Shown here: one piece after another, positions 47,677 to 56,156 of the stretch
Layout of the letters: every line of letters begins with the position of its first letter
How positions within the stretch are numbered: position 1 is the first letter of the stretch
Translations under genes and position numbers: made by a program
Assembly: GCA_964549635.1 (NCBI GenBank)
Contig: CAZJVJ010000002.1
Span: forward strand, 40,567 to 104,566
DNA from: an uncultured Dehalococcoidales bacterium
GTDB taxonomy: Bacteria; Chloroflexota; Dehalococcoidia; GIF9; UBA5629
Direction of reading: 5' to 3'
DNA: 64,000 nucleotides
The notes under the pieces: model-generated
Seen by the model: the letters and a program-made list of their open reading frames with translations, nothing else
Told to the model about the DNA's origin: nothing
Database searches by the model: none

Positions 47677-48945
47677 ATGAGTAAAAAGATTTATTTACTA
47701 ATCGGTGCTATTCTAATCTGTGCTGCATTAGTGCTGCCGGCGGTATCAGCCTGTGCCCCAGCTGCAGCGCCACCACCTAAGGAGAAAGTGGTCACTTACC
47801 TTAGTCTGGCGGACTATACCGGACCTATTGCCGGCCTTAATGTTCCAGCCGACATGGGCTGCGAGGATATGTTTAAGGAGATAAACGCCGCAGGTGGAAT
47901 TGACGGCATAAAGGTCAATTTCATAGGTGTTGATACCAGATATGACGTAGCTCGTGGTGTTTCCGCGTATAAGAGGTACCGGACGGAGCCCAAGCTGCTG
48001 GTGGTGAATGCCATCAGCACGGCGTTTGGCAAGGCAATTTATCCGCTGACAATGGCTGACAAGGTGGTACAGCTGGCTCCGGGCGACGGGGAAGCCCAGG
48101 CAAAGATAGGTTGGGTGTTCCCCTGGGGGGTCTGCTACCAGAACGCCTTCGGTGCTACCATAGACTTCATACTGAACGACTGGAAGGCAAAGGGCAAAAC
48201 TGGCGTGCCGACCATAGGCTATATGAGCTGGGACAACGCTTACGGCAGAGAGCCATTGCGTGGCGGCAAAGAATATGCTGAGAAAATGGGTGTTAAGTTG
48301 CTGCCTCCAGAATTCTTCCCTACTGGCGCACCAGACCATACGGTGTGGCTGAAGAGGCTAGCTGAGGGTGGTGCGCAGTATATCATCATCGGTGGCGTTG
48401 ACCCGACGCCAAGCAACATACTGCGTGATGCCCACAAACTGGGACTGACCAAGACGATTCAGTTTGTTGACTCTACCTTCTGGGGGCCGACTGAAGCTCT
48501 CGGTGTTAAGCTGCATCCGGAAGCTACTGAGGGCTGCTGGGTAAATAGCTACTATCTGCGTGGTGACGAAGTCTGGACCCATCCTTTGGCTTCAAGGATG
48601 ATACCGAAGTATCGAGGAAAGAGCGTGGACGAGTTTCGTAAGACCACGCCGGCTAACTATGTAACAGGCATGATATGGGCGCTGGTATATCAGGAAGGCG
48701 CAAAGAGAGCCATCAAGGCTGTTGGCTATGACAAGCTGGACGGTTCAGCCATGAAAGCAGCCTACGAGTCGCTCACCGGCCTGGATCTGGGCCAGGGGCT
48801 GGTGGGGCCTTGCACCTACAGTCCCACCAACCGGCAGGGGAGCGACGTGACAAGGTTCTACCAGATACGGAATGGTAAAGAGGTCCCTATCAGTGGCTGG
48901 GTGAAGGTGCCTGATTGCGTTGCCCTGCATGATTGGAGCAAATAG
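47677..48945 (+). CDS. lipoprotein solute-binding protein, type-1 PBP fold (paralogue 2)
   Basis: Lipobox 'AVSAC'. Shares long identical blocks with paralogue 1 ('GVKLLPPEFFPTGAPDHTVWLKRLAEG', 'KLHPEATEGCWVNSYYLRGDE'). Confidence 0.75.
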   Translation: MSKKIYLLIGAILICAALVLPAVSACAPAAAPPPKEKVVTYLSLADYTGPIAGLNVPADMGCEDMFKEINAAGGIDGIKVNFIGVDTRYDVARGVSAYKRYRTEPKLLVVNAISTAFGKAIYPLTMADKVVQLAPGDGEAQAKIGWVFPWGVCYQNAFGATIDFILNDWKAKGKTGVPTIGYMSWDNAYGREPLRGGKEYAEKMGVKLLPPEFFPTGAPDHTVWLKRLAEGGAQYIIIGGVDPTPSNILRDAHKLGLTKTIQFVDSTFWGPTEALGVKLHPEATEGCWVNSYYLRGDEVWTHPLASRMIPKYRGKSVDEFRKTTPANYVTGMIWALVYQEGAKRAIKAVGYDKLDGSAMKAAYESLTGLDLGQGLVGPCTYSPTNRQGSDVTRFYQIRNGKEVPISGWVKVPDCVALHDWSK

Positions 48946-48963
48946 GCGGAAAGGAGGCCTGAG

Positions 48964-50040
48964 ATGAAATACGGTTTTAAGGCATTAATTATCATAGCTG
49001 CGGTGGCACTTCTGATATTGCCGATGGCAGCCTGTGCTAAACAGCCGCCTGCTCCTCCTCCCCCTCCGCCCCCTCCAGCAGGGACAATTAGCGTGGAGCC
49101 AGCGAAGGTTGACTTCGAGCTTTTGAAGAAGTACTTCCCGCCGATTGCCAAGGCGTTGGGACTTCCTGAGGCTATGTCAGCAACGGTGCCGCATTTGGCT
49201 ATGCTGGCTGTTCCCGTGACATTCAAGGGGAGCGGCTGGCGGCCCAATGAGATAATCACAGTGGAGTTGGTCGTACCTCCCGATATTGAAATACCGGGGC
49301 TTGACCGGGCTCGCGGCGAGGATTCTGTTGGTATCGCTTATGCGACCGCAGACAGCGCAGGAAACTTTGAAGCGAAGCTGGAGAGGACGGCGACTATTGG
49401 GTTCATACTGCGCGGTGGATTTCAGCCGACACTGGCGATAGACCCAAAGACGCTAATCCCAGGAAACCCGTTGCCCAATGGCAGCTATACGTTGAGGGCT
49501 ATGGGTGATGACCCCCGTGCCGTAGCTACCACGACCTGGGTGTTAGAGCTAAAGCCACCAGCAGCGCCGCCAACTCCACCGGCAGAGAAGCCAGCTGAGC
49601 CTGGCAAACTTACGTTTGAGGCTGCAGAGTACACCAACGCTGAATTTGGTTTCTCAGTCAAGTATCCTAAGGAGTGGAAGCCTGAGAAGTCTGAAACGCT
49701 TCTATTCTATGCTGCAGCACCTACCATGGTTCCGGTTTTGTTTGTTGATGTTGAGACAGGGGCCACCTGTGCCGAAGCACTCAAGAAAATGCTTGAGGCT
49801 GCCGGCGGGACTGCCTTTAAAGTCCTCTCTGAAAAGGACAGCACTTTGGCCGATGGTACAAAGGCCTCAACAGTGACATTCGAAATATCGTTGAGGGGAT
49901 TCGCCGGCAAAGGCTTTGCACTGGGCACGAAAAAGGATGACAAGTGGATTATGGTTTCAGTTGGAACCGTGGAGATGCTGGCGAAGTATGATGAGGCTAA
50001 GTTCTCGGAGATAGTCCATACCCTGCAACTCAAGAAGTAA
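48964..50040 (+). CDS. two-domain lipoprotein of unknown function; its C-terminal domain is homologous to the C-terminal extension of the 34375 SBP
   Basis: Lipobox 'PMAAC', then an 8-Pro run, a beta-rich N-domain of about 160 aa, a Pro-rich linker, and a 137-aa C-domain (nt 49627-50037) ending 'KYDEAKFSEIVHTLQLKK'. The SBP C-terminus ends 'AYDEAKFSEIARTLEFKK'. Confidence 0.7.
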   Translation: MKYGFKALIIIAAVALLILPMAACAKQPPAPPPPPPPPAGTISVEPAKVDFELLKKYFPPIAKALGLPEAMSATVPHLAMLAVPVTFKGSGWRPNEIITVELVVPPDIEIPGLDRARGEDSVGIAYATADSAGNFEAKLERTATIGFILRGGFQPTLAIDPKTLIPGNPLPNGSYTLRAMGDDPRAVATTTWVLELKPPAAPPTPPAEKPAEPGKLTFEAAEYTNAEFGFSVKYPKEWKPEKSETLLFYAAAPTMVPVLFVDVETGATCAEALKKMLEAAGGTAFKVLSEKDSTLADGTKASTVTFEISLRGFAGKGFALGTKKDDKWIMVSVGTVEMLAKYDEAKFSEIVHTLQLKK

Positions 50041-50075
50041 TGCATCGGGGCAAGATAGATAGCCGAGGAGGGCAA

Positions 50076-50116
50076 GGAAGGAGAAGCCTAATTCTGTGGC
50101 AAGGGCTTCTCCTTCC
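50076..50116 (+). promoter_or_regulatory. stem-loop (13-bp perfect stem, 15-nt loop) just after the lipoprotein gene
   Basis: ggaaggagaagcc (50076-50088) pairs with ggcttctccttcc (50104-50116). No T-run follows. Confidence 0.5.
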
Positions 50117-50163
50117 ACCTCCAATGTATTCATCATATTCTGTATGGAAGACAACATTTGCCA

Positions 50164-50224
50164 ATGTAGCGCGAGGCTTCAGCTTCGCTGAGGAGAGAGG
50201 CGACCCTGAAGGGTCGCGCTACAT
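50164..50224 (+). promoter_or_regulatory. structured intergenic element with mutually exclusive helices
   Basis: An 11-bp outer helix atgtagcgcga/tcgcgctacat (50164-50174 / 50214-50224) competes with the hairpin gcgaccc-tgaa-gggtcgc (50200-50217). An internal 6-bp hairpin lies at 50177-50193. Confidence 0.4.
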
Positions 50225-50374
50225 CGGACAACAAATTTATAAGGCTTTTTGTGAGCTTCCCATAAGCCAGCGGGAAAATGTGTGAATAAGCGGCGTCACT
50301 AAGGAAGGACGAACGAAATGAAGACAGGGTGTATCGTTATTCGGTTTAAAGCGAAAGTAGGAGAGGTATAAAGT

Positions 50375-51169
50375 ATGTTAAGGTTAAACAATATTGAAGT
50401 TATCTATCTGAATGTGATATTGGTGCTGAAGGGGGTATCTCTGGAAGTGCCAGATGGGCAGATTGTGACGCTGCTCGGCGGCAACGGTGCTGGTAAGACG
50501 ACAACACTCAAGGCTATTTCCGGGCTGCTTTATACAGAAGAGGGCGAGGTGACCGACGGCAGCATCGAGTGGGACGGACACCGAATAGATAGAATGAATC
50601 CCGAAGATGTGGTCAAGTTAGGGATTGTCCAGGTTTTGGAGGGGCGGCCGATGTTCGAACACCTATCTGTGGAGGAGGAATTAAAAGTAGGTGCATATAC
50701 GCGGCGTGATGCTGCGGGGGTAAAAAGGGACCTTGATATGGTATATAACTACTTCCCAAAGCTGAAGGATCTGCGTCATGCCACGACAGGCTATCTTTCC
50801 GGTGGTGAAAGGCAGATGGTGGTGATGGGGCGGGGGCTGATGGCACGTCCAAAGCTGATGCTTCTGGACGAGCCATCTCTTGGGCTCAGTCCTATACTTG
50901 TAAAAGAGATCTTTGACATAGTGAGGAAAATAAACGCGGAGGAAAAGACATCTTTTCTATTAGTGGAACAAAATGCCAGGGCTGCACTGGAACTAGCTAA
51001 CTATGGGTATGTAATGGAGAATGGCCGGGTGGTTATGGATGGGCCAGCTGAGAAGCTTAGAGATAATGAGGACATAAAGGAATTTTATCTGGGGTTGAGT
51101 AAGCTGGGCCAGAGGAGGAGTTACCGAGAGGTCAAGCACTATAAGCGACGTAAGCGCTGGCTGGCTTAA
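50375..51169 (+). CDS. ABC ATPase, LivF type (second system) with a basic C-terminal tail
   Basis: 264 aa with 'GGNGAGKTT', 'LSGGERQ' and 'LLDEPS'. A 23-aa tail 'SKLGQRRSYREVKHYKRRKRWLA' follows the usual 'EFYLGL' end. Confidence 0.85.
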   Translation: MLRLNNIEVIYLNVILVLKGVSLEVPDGQIVTLLGGNGAGKTTTLKAISGLLYTEEGEVTDGSIEWDGHRIDRMNPEDVVKLGIVQVLEGRPMFEHLSVEEELKVGAYTRRDAAGVKRDLDMVYNYFPKLKDLRHATTGYLSGGERQMVVMGRGLMARPKLMLLDEPSLGLSPILVKEIFDIVRKINAEEKTSFLLVEQNARAALELANYGYVMENGRVVMDGPAEKLRDNEDIKEFYLGLSKLGQRRSYREVKHYKRRKRWLA

Positions 51170-51230
51170 TGGAATGACATTGAAATGCACGGCTCTTTGA
51201 TTTGGAGCCTGTCTGCAGATAATAGGTTTT

Positions 51231-51262
51231 AGGCAGGTCTATTTCTGACCTGCCTCTTTTTT
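51231..51262 (+). terminator. rho-independent terminator after the livF-type gene
   Basis: A 9-bp stem aggcaggtc/gacctgcct with a 7-nt loop, followed by cTTTTTTg. Confidence 0.6.
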
Positions 51263-51348
51263 GCGCCATTACTGGATAAAGTTACACGATCGCTTAAGGG
51301 CAAAACTTAGGTGAGCCACCTCAAATCTTTGAGCTGAGGGATAGAAAT

Positions 51349-52482
51349 CTATAGGCCTAATTCCCTGGCTACGATGGCACGTTGAAAATTACTATCGCCG
51401 AACATTATATCGCCAGTCTTGGCCCGTCTGTAGTACAGATGAATATCGTGGTCCATAGTGAAGCCGATTGCACCGAATATTTGGTGTGCAAGCAGGGTAA
51501 CCCGGCAACAGGCTTCGCCGGTCCACGCTTTGGCAATAGCCACGTCCATATCAGAAGGTAGCCCCTCGCTCACCTTCCAGGCTGCCTTATACGTGATAAA
51601 CCGTGCTCCATCAACATCGGTCACCATATTGGCACAATAATGCTGAATAGCTTGAAAGCTGCCGATAGGTCGGTTAAACTGAATTCTTTCTTTGGCATAC
51701 TGTACAGCCATCTCTAATGCGGCTTGGGCACCACCGACCATTTCAGCGCATTTTGCCACAGTGGCTTTTCGGAGCGTTTCTTTCACTATAGGCCAGCCTT
51801 GGTCTAGACTTCCTATAATATTCTTCTGCGGGACGCTTACATTGTCGAAAACGACCTCACACTGTTTGTCACGAGCTAACGTTTTTAGTAGAGTGCACTT
51901 AACTCCTGGGCTTTTGGCATCAACAAGGAAAATGGTGATTCCATTCTCCGGGTCACCTCCATCCTTTGTCCTGGCCACGCATAGTATGTAGTCAGCTACA
52001 TTGGCATCAGGAATGAAAAGTTTGATACCATTAATAATGTACCCGTTGCTGCTAGCCACGGCCTTGGTCTTGATTGATGGAGCATCATACCTGGCGCTGG
52101 GTTCTGTTAGTGCTAGTGTGAGGAGCATCTTACCACTGGCGATTTGAGGCAGGAATTCCTTCTTTTGCTCCTCGTTTCCCGCTGCCAATATGGTAAGACC
52201 ACCGAGAACGACGGTGGAGAAAAATGGGCCGGGCACAATATTGTGGCCCATTACCTCAAGTAGGACTATCAAATCCAGGAATCTGCCGTTGCTACCGCCG
52301 TATTTTTCGGGGAAAACCAACCCCATCCAGCCCAGTTCAGCCATTTTCCTCCACAAATCAGGGGAGTAGCCTGTATCGCTTTCGTCTAATTGCCTAACCA
52401 ACTGCTTGGGGCATTCCTTTTGCAGAAAGTCACTGGCCGATTTTTTCAACATCTCTTGTTCTTCAGTTAGACCAAGGTCCAT
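51349..52482 (-). CDS. acyl-CoA dehydrogenase family, class B (catalytic-base positions substituted)
   Basis: 377 aa, a close paralogue of 32995-34149 ('MDLGLTEEQEMLK', 'PEKYGGSNG'). 'KETLRKATV' and 'IMFGDSNFQRA' lack Glu at both reference positions. Confidence 0.75.
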   Translation of the reverse strand: MDLGLTEEQEMLKKSASDFLQKECPKQLVRQLDESDTGYSPDLWRKMAELGWMGLVFPEKYGGSNGRFLDLIVLLEVMGHNIVPGPFFSTVVLGGLTILAAGNEEQKKEFLPQIASGKMLLTLALTEPSARYDAPSIKTKAVASSNGYIINGIKLFIPDANVADYILCVARTKDGGDPENGITIFLVDAKSPGVKCTLLKTLARDKQCEVVFDNVSVPQKNIIGSLDQGWPIVKETLRKATVAKCAEMVGGAQAALEMAVQYAKERIQFNRPIGSFQAIQHYCANMVTDVDGARFITYKAAWKVSEGLPSDMDVAIAKAWTGEACCRVTLLAHQIFGAIGFTMDHDIHLYYRRAKTGDIMFGDSNFQRAIVARELGL

Positions 52483-52582
52483 CTGGTTACCTCCTAGTCT
52501 ATTTCATGAAGTCTTTATATAAGCTGCGCAGCACCATTTGTGTAAACATCTAAAATAGCGTAAGTGGACATAATTTCCAGCT

Positions 52583-53779
52583 CTATCCACGAGGTAATCC
52601 GAGTCCTCTCATAGCGATGATGTTTCGCTGGATTTCAGAGGTACCAGCACCGACGAGGGCAGAAATACAATCCAGGTACCCGGCTTGGACTCTGCCCCTT
52701 AGAGCTGCCCACTTAGCATTTTTTTCCAGTAGCCCGTAATGACCCAGGATCTGCATTCCAGCGCTGGCTAACTTTTGGCTAAGCTGGGTGGTGAACAGCT
52801 TCAGCACAGAGGCTTCAATGTTCGGGACGAGGCCTTTGTCTAGCATCCAGGCCGTTTGCCAGAAGAACATGTAGGCGACCTCAATCTCGATTGCCGTGGA
52901 AGCTAACAGGTTCTTAACCATGGGGTCTTGGCTTAAGGTGCGGCCGTCTAGTTTTGTTTCTTTGGCATACTGGACTATCTCTTCGAACGTTCGCTTAAAG
53001 CCTCCAATGGGAATTACAAGTCTCTCAAAATCTAAGGCTACCATTACATAGTACCAACCCTTGTTCTTTTCGCCCACGATGTTCTTTTTGGGTACGCGTA
53101 CATTGTCAAAAAATACTTCATTGAAGGAATGGGTACCGCAGATGTTTATCAAAGGCCGGATAGTAACGCCCGGAGACTTATTGTCCACTATAAGCAGTGT
53201 AATTCCTTTGTGGGGAGCAGCATTGGGGTCTGTTCTGACAATCATCCAGGCATAATGCGATACATGGGCAGCCGTACTCCAGATTTTCTGTCCGTTGATA
53301 ACAAGGTAATCACCATCCTCCACAGCACGGGTTTGAATGGAGGCAAGGTCGGAGCCGGCATTTGGCTCGCTATAGGCGAGCCAGAAACGCACCTCACCTC
53401 GGGCTATTCTAGGGAGCCATTCCTTTTTCATCTCGTCGTTACCAAATAGCATAATCGTTGGTCCGCCAATGAGCGTGGCTACTTCACCGCTAGGCGCCCT
53501 GTAATAGCTCATTCGCTCATGGAAGATGGCTTGTTCAATATTGGAGCGGCCAGCTCCACCGTATTCTTTAGGCCACGAAATAGTAAGCCAGCCTTTCTGG
53601 GCTAGTTTGTGTCTGAACATTTCTATCTGAATGTTGATCTCTTCAAATTCTGATAGCGTGCCATATCCGCCGGGCCAGTAGATGGTTTTCTCAGCCCAGT
53701 CCGGCGGCAGTTCCTGCTTTATAAAGTCTTCGACTTCTTTTCGAAATGCCTCTTCCTTCTCACTGAAACGGAAGTCCAT
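52583..53779 (-). CDS. acyl-CoA dehydrogenase, class A
   Basis: 398 aa with 'MDFRFSEKEEAFRKEV', 'ALDFERLVI' (IVD-position Glu) and 'GAGTSEIQRNII'. Confidence 0.8.
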   Translation of the reverse strand: MDFRFSEKEEAFRKEVEDFIKQELPPDWAEKTIYWPGGYGTLSEFEEINIQIEMFRHKLAQKGWLTISWPKEYGGAGRSNIEQAIFHERMSYYRAPSGEVATLIGGPTIMLFGNDEMKKEWLPRIARGEVRFWLAYSEPNAGSDLASIQTRAVEDGDYLVINGQKIWSTAAHVSHYAWMIVRTDPNAAPHKGITLLIVDNKSPGVTIRPLINICGTHSFNEVFFDNVRVPKKNIVGEKNKGWYYVMVALDFERLVIPIGGFKRTFEEIVQYAKETKLDGRTLSQDPMVKNLLASTAIEIEVAYMFFWQTAWMLDKGLVPNIEASVLKLFTTQLSQKLASAGMQILGHYGLLEKNAKWAALRGRVQAGYLDCISALVGAGTSEIQRNIIAMRGLGLPRG

Positions 53780-53817
53780 GTTGTGTTGCCCTTTCCTTAA
53801 AGCCGGTGTTGTGCTTA

Positions 53818-55005
53818 CTATCGAGGTAACCCTAAACCTCTCACCGCAATAATGGTACGCTGGATCTCGTTAGTACCACCGCCCACGCCTATTGAAACTG
53901 AGCTTAGGTACATACGCATTATCATAGCATTGAGGGGAGCCCATTTGGATTCTCTGTCCAGTGCACCATAGTGTCCTAGGATGCGCATTCCAACATCAGC
54001 CACTCGCCTCGTTACTTCGCTACTAAAAACCATTGCCATGGATGATTCGTAGCTTGGGTGAAGGTTCTTACTGTACATCCAGGCGATGCGGTAACACATC
54101 ATTCTGAGGACTTCATTTGCGACTGTTACTTCTGCCAGTGCGTTTCTAATAAGCGGGTCATTGGCGATTGGTTCGCCGTTAACCTTGGTTTCTTTGGCAT
54201 ATTTAACCAGTTCCTCGATGACTCTTTGCTGTGCCGCTGCGGTGCCGACTGATGAGCGCTCATAGTCTAGAGCTATAACCAGTTGATACCAGCCGTTGTT
54301 TTTCTGCCCTACCAGGTTTTCTTTAGGAATGCGTACATCATCGAAGAAAACCTCATTAAACGAGTGGCGGTTCAAGATGTTTATCAAAGGACGAATAGTA
54401 ATCCCTGGTGTCTTCATGTCAACAATAAACATGCTGATCCCTTTATGCTTAGGGGCATTCGGGTCAGTTCTGGCAGCTAGCCAGCAATAGTCAGCTAAGT
54501 GACCGTAGCTACACCATATCTTCTGGCCATTGATCACATAGTAGTCACCGACTTCGACAGCGCGGGTCTGGAGTGCAGCAAGGTCGGACCCTGCGTTTGG
54601 TTCGCTATACCCAAGACAGAAGATGATATCACCTTTTGCCACCCGGGTTACATAGTCCTTTTTTTGTTTCTCAGTCCCGAAGAGCATTATGGTGGGGGCA
54701 ACCCAGTTGACTGTTATCTCTACTTCAACGCTTACTGGTGCTCTGTTGTATGCTAACTCTTCGGCAAGAATGAGCCGTTTTGTATGGCTCAATTCCAAGC
54801 CACCGTACTCCTTAGGATATGCTGGTGCCAGCCAGCCTTTTTGGCCAAGTTTGCGATGAAACTGACGAGAAATTGCCCAGGACTCTTCTGTTTCCTCCCA
54901 CACGCCAGGGGAAAGTTCAAACCACCTTGGCGGGATTTCCTTTTTTAGCCACTCACGCACCTCTTGCCTGAATGCCTCCTCCTCCTCGGAGAATCTGAAA
55001 TCCAT
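53818..55005 (-). CDS. acyl-CoA dehydrogenase, class A
   Basis: 395 aa with 'MDFRFSEEEEAFRQEV', 'ALDYERSSV' (IVD-position Glu) and 'GGGTNEIQRTII'. Confidence 0.8.
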   Translation of the reverse strand: MDFRFSEEEEAFRQEVREWLKKEIPPRWFELSPGVWEETEESWAISRQFHRKLGQKGWLAPAYPKEYGGLELSHTKRLILAEELAYNRAPVSVEVEITVNWVAPTIMLFGTEKQKKDYVTRVAKGDIIFCLGYSEPNAGSDLAALQTRAVEVGDYYVINGQKIWCSYGHLADYCWLAARTDPNAPKHKGISMFIVDMKTPGITIRPLINILNRHSFNEVFFDDVRIPKENLVGQKNNGWYQLVIALDYERSSVGTAAAQQRVIEELVKYAKETKVNGEPIANDPLIRNALAEVTVANEVLRMMCYRIAWMYSKNLHPSYESSMAMVFSSEVTRRVADVGMRILGHYGALDRESKWAPLNAMIMRMYLSSVSIGVGGGTNEIQRTIIAVRGLGLPR

Positions 55006-55040
55006 GCTTACCCTCCGTTAGTAAATTGGGTTGGTTGCGT

Positions 55041-55274
55041 CTATTCAATAATGGCTATAATGTCACCCTCTAAGATGGAATCGCCTTCTTTCACCCTGAT
55101 TTCTGCCACCGTGCCATTATAGGGTGCTTTCACTCGGATTTCCATTTTCATAGATTCGAGTATGACAATAGTTTCACCCTCATTGACTTTCGCACCAACC
55201 TCTGCCAGGATTTTCCAGACACTGCCTGTTATTGGTGAAGCAACTTCTTTCATGGCTATTTTAATTCGGTTCAC
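55041..55274 (-). CDS. stand-alone biotin carboxyl carrier protein (biotinyl domain only)
   Basis: 77 aa with 'ILESMKMEIRV', containing the biotinyl-Lys M-K-M motif. The GTG start overlaps the upstream stop (GTGA). Confidence 0.8.
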   Translation of the reverse strand: MNRIKIAMKEVASPITGSVWKILAEVGAKVNEGETIVILESMKMEIRVKAPYNGTVAEIRVKEGDSILEGDIIAIIE

Positions 55275-56137
55275 TCGTTCTTTGTTTCACTCAGCCCCAG
55301 AATGACTTTTGCCTCCTCCACTGTAGCTGGCTCTCTGCCGATATCTCGCGTCATCCTTACTGCTTTCTCCACCAGTGGGCCGTTTCCCTCTGCCATTATG
55401 CCGGGTGCTAGATAGAAATTATCCTCCAGTCCGACCCTAACATTGCCACCAAGAGCCAGCGCAGTGGCTACCAGCAACCATTGCTCCTCGCTGATACCTA
55501 TTACCTGCCACTGTGTTCCCTGAGGGACTACACTAGAAACGTGGGCTAAATTTCTAGCCGTGGCAGCCATCCCTCCCACTACGCCGAAAATAAGGCTTAC
55601 TTGAAAGTTCTTAAGCAACCCCATGTCAATCAGCGGAAATAGGCTCTCCAGATGTCCGAGGTCAAAGCATTCGCATTCTGGCTTTACCCCACTCTTGTTC
55701 ATGGTGTCCAAAAAAAACATTATATCGTCGAATGGGTTTTGGAAGACTACAGAGAAAACGAAATTCTTTCGCCTTGGACTGTACTTGGCATAGTTCATTG
55801 TTCCCATATTAAGTGCTGCAATTTCCGGCTTCAGTTCACGGATGTGAGCGATTCTGTTTTCCCTGTCGATGCCTACAGCACCAGTAGAGAAGTTTATTAT
55901 GATGGGACATCTTTTCCTCACCTCGTCCATGATTTCCTTAAAAATTTCCACCCTCCATGACGGCCTGCCATCGTATTCTCTACCGTGGATGTGTACCACG
56001 GAAGCTCCGGCATTGTAAGCTCTTAGTGCCTCGTCAGCAATTTCCTGTGGGGTATAAGGTATCCATTTGCACTGGTCTCTGTTAGCTGCTACACCGGTCA
56101 AAGCAGCAGTGATAACTACCTTGTCTTGCAGCCCCAT
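55271..56137 (-). CDS. BKACE-family (beta-keto acid cleavage enzyme, DUF849) TIM-barrel protein
   Basis: 'VVITAALTGV...PYTPQEIADEALRAYNAGASVVHIHGRE' carries the H-x-H metal motif. I prefer ATG 56137 (GAGAGGAG upstream, 19 nt after the crotonase stop) over 56191. Confidence 0.75.
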   Translation of the reverse strand: MGLQDKVVITAALTGVAANRDQCKWIPYTPQEIADEALRAYNAGASVVHIHGREYDGRPSWRVEIFKEIMDEVRKRCPIIINFSTGAVGIDRENRIAHIRELKPEIAALNMGTMNYAKYSPRRKNFVFSVVFQNPFDDIMFFLDTMNKSGVKPECECFDLGHLESLFPLIDMGLLKNFQVSLIFGVVGGMAATARNLAHVSSVVPQGTQWQVIGISEEQWLLVATALALGGNVRVGLEDNFYLAPGIMAEGNGPLVEKAVRMTRDIGREPATVEEAKVILGLSETKNE

Positions 56138-56156
56138 GTTTACTCCTCTCTTTAAA

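Noticed and set aside
46613-48339. Long antisense ORFs (217 aa at 46613-47266 and 197 aa at 47746-48339) opposite both SBP paralogues
   Set aside because: They lie fully inside well-supported sense genes. Their products are low-complexity and Arg/Cys/His-rich, with no recognisable motif. They recur only because the two sense genes are paralogous, so they are a by-product of codon composition.
50040-50285. 81-aa ORF in the gap before the second livF-type gene
   Set aside because: It has no RBS, its start overlaps the upstream stop, and its composition is implausible. It also spans the strong hairpins. The region is better explained as structured non-coding RNA.
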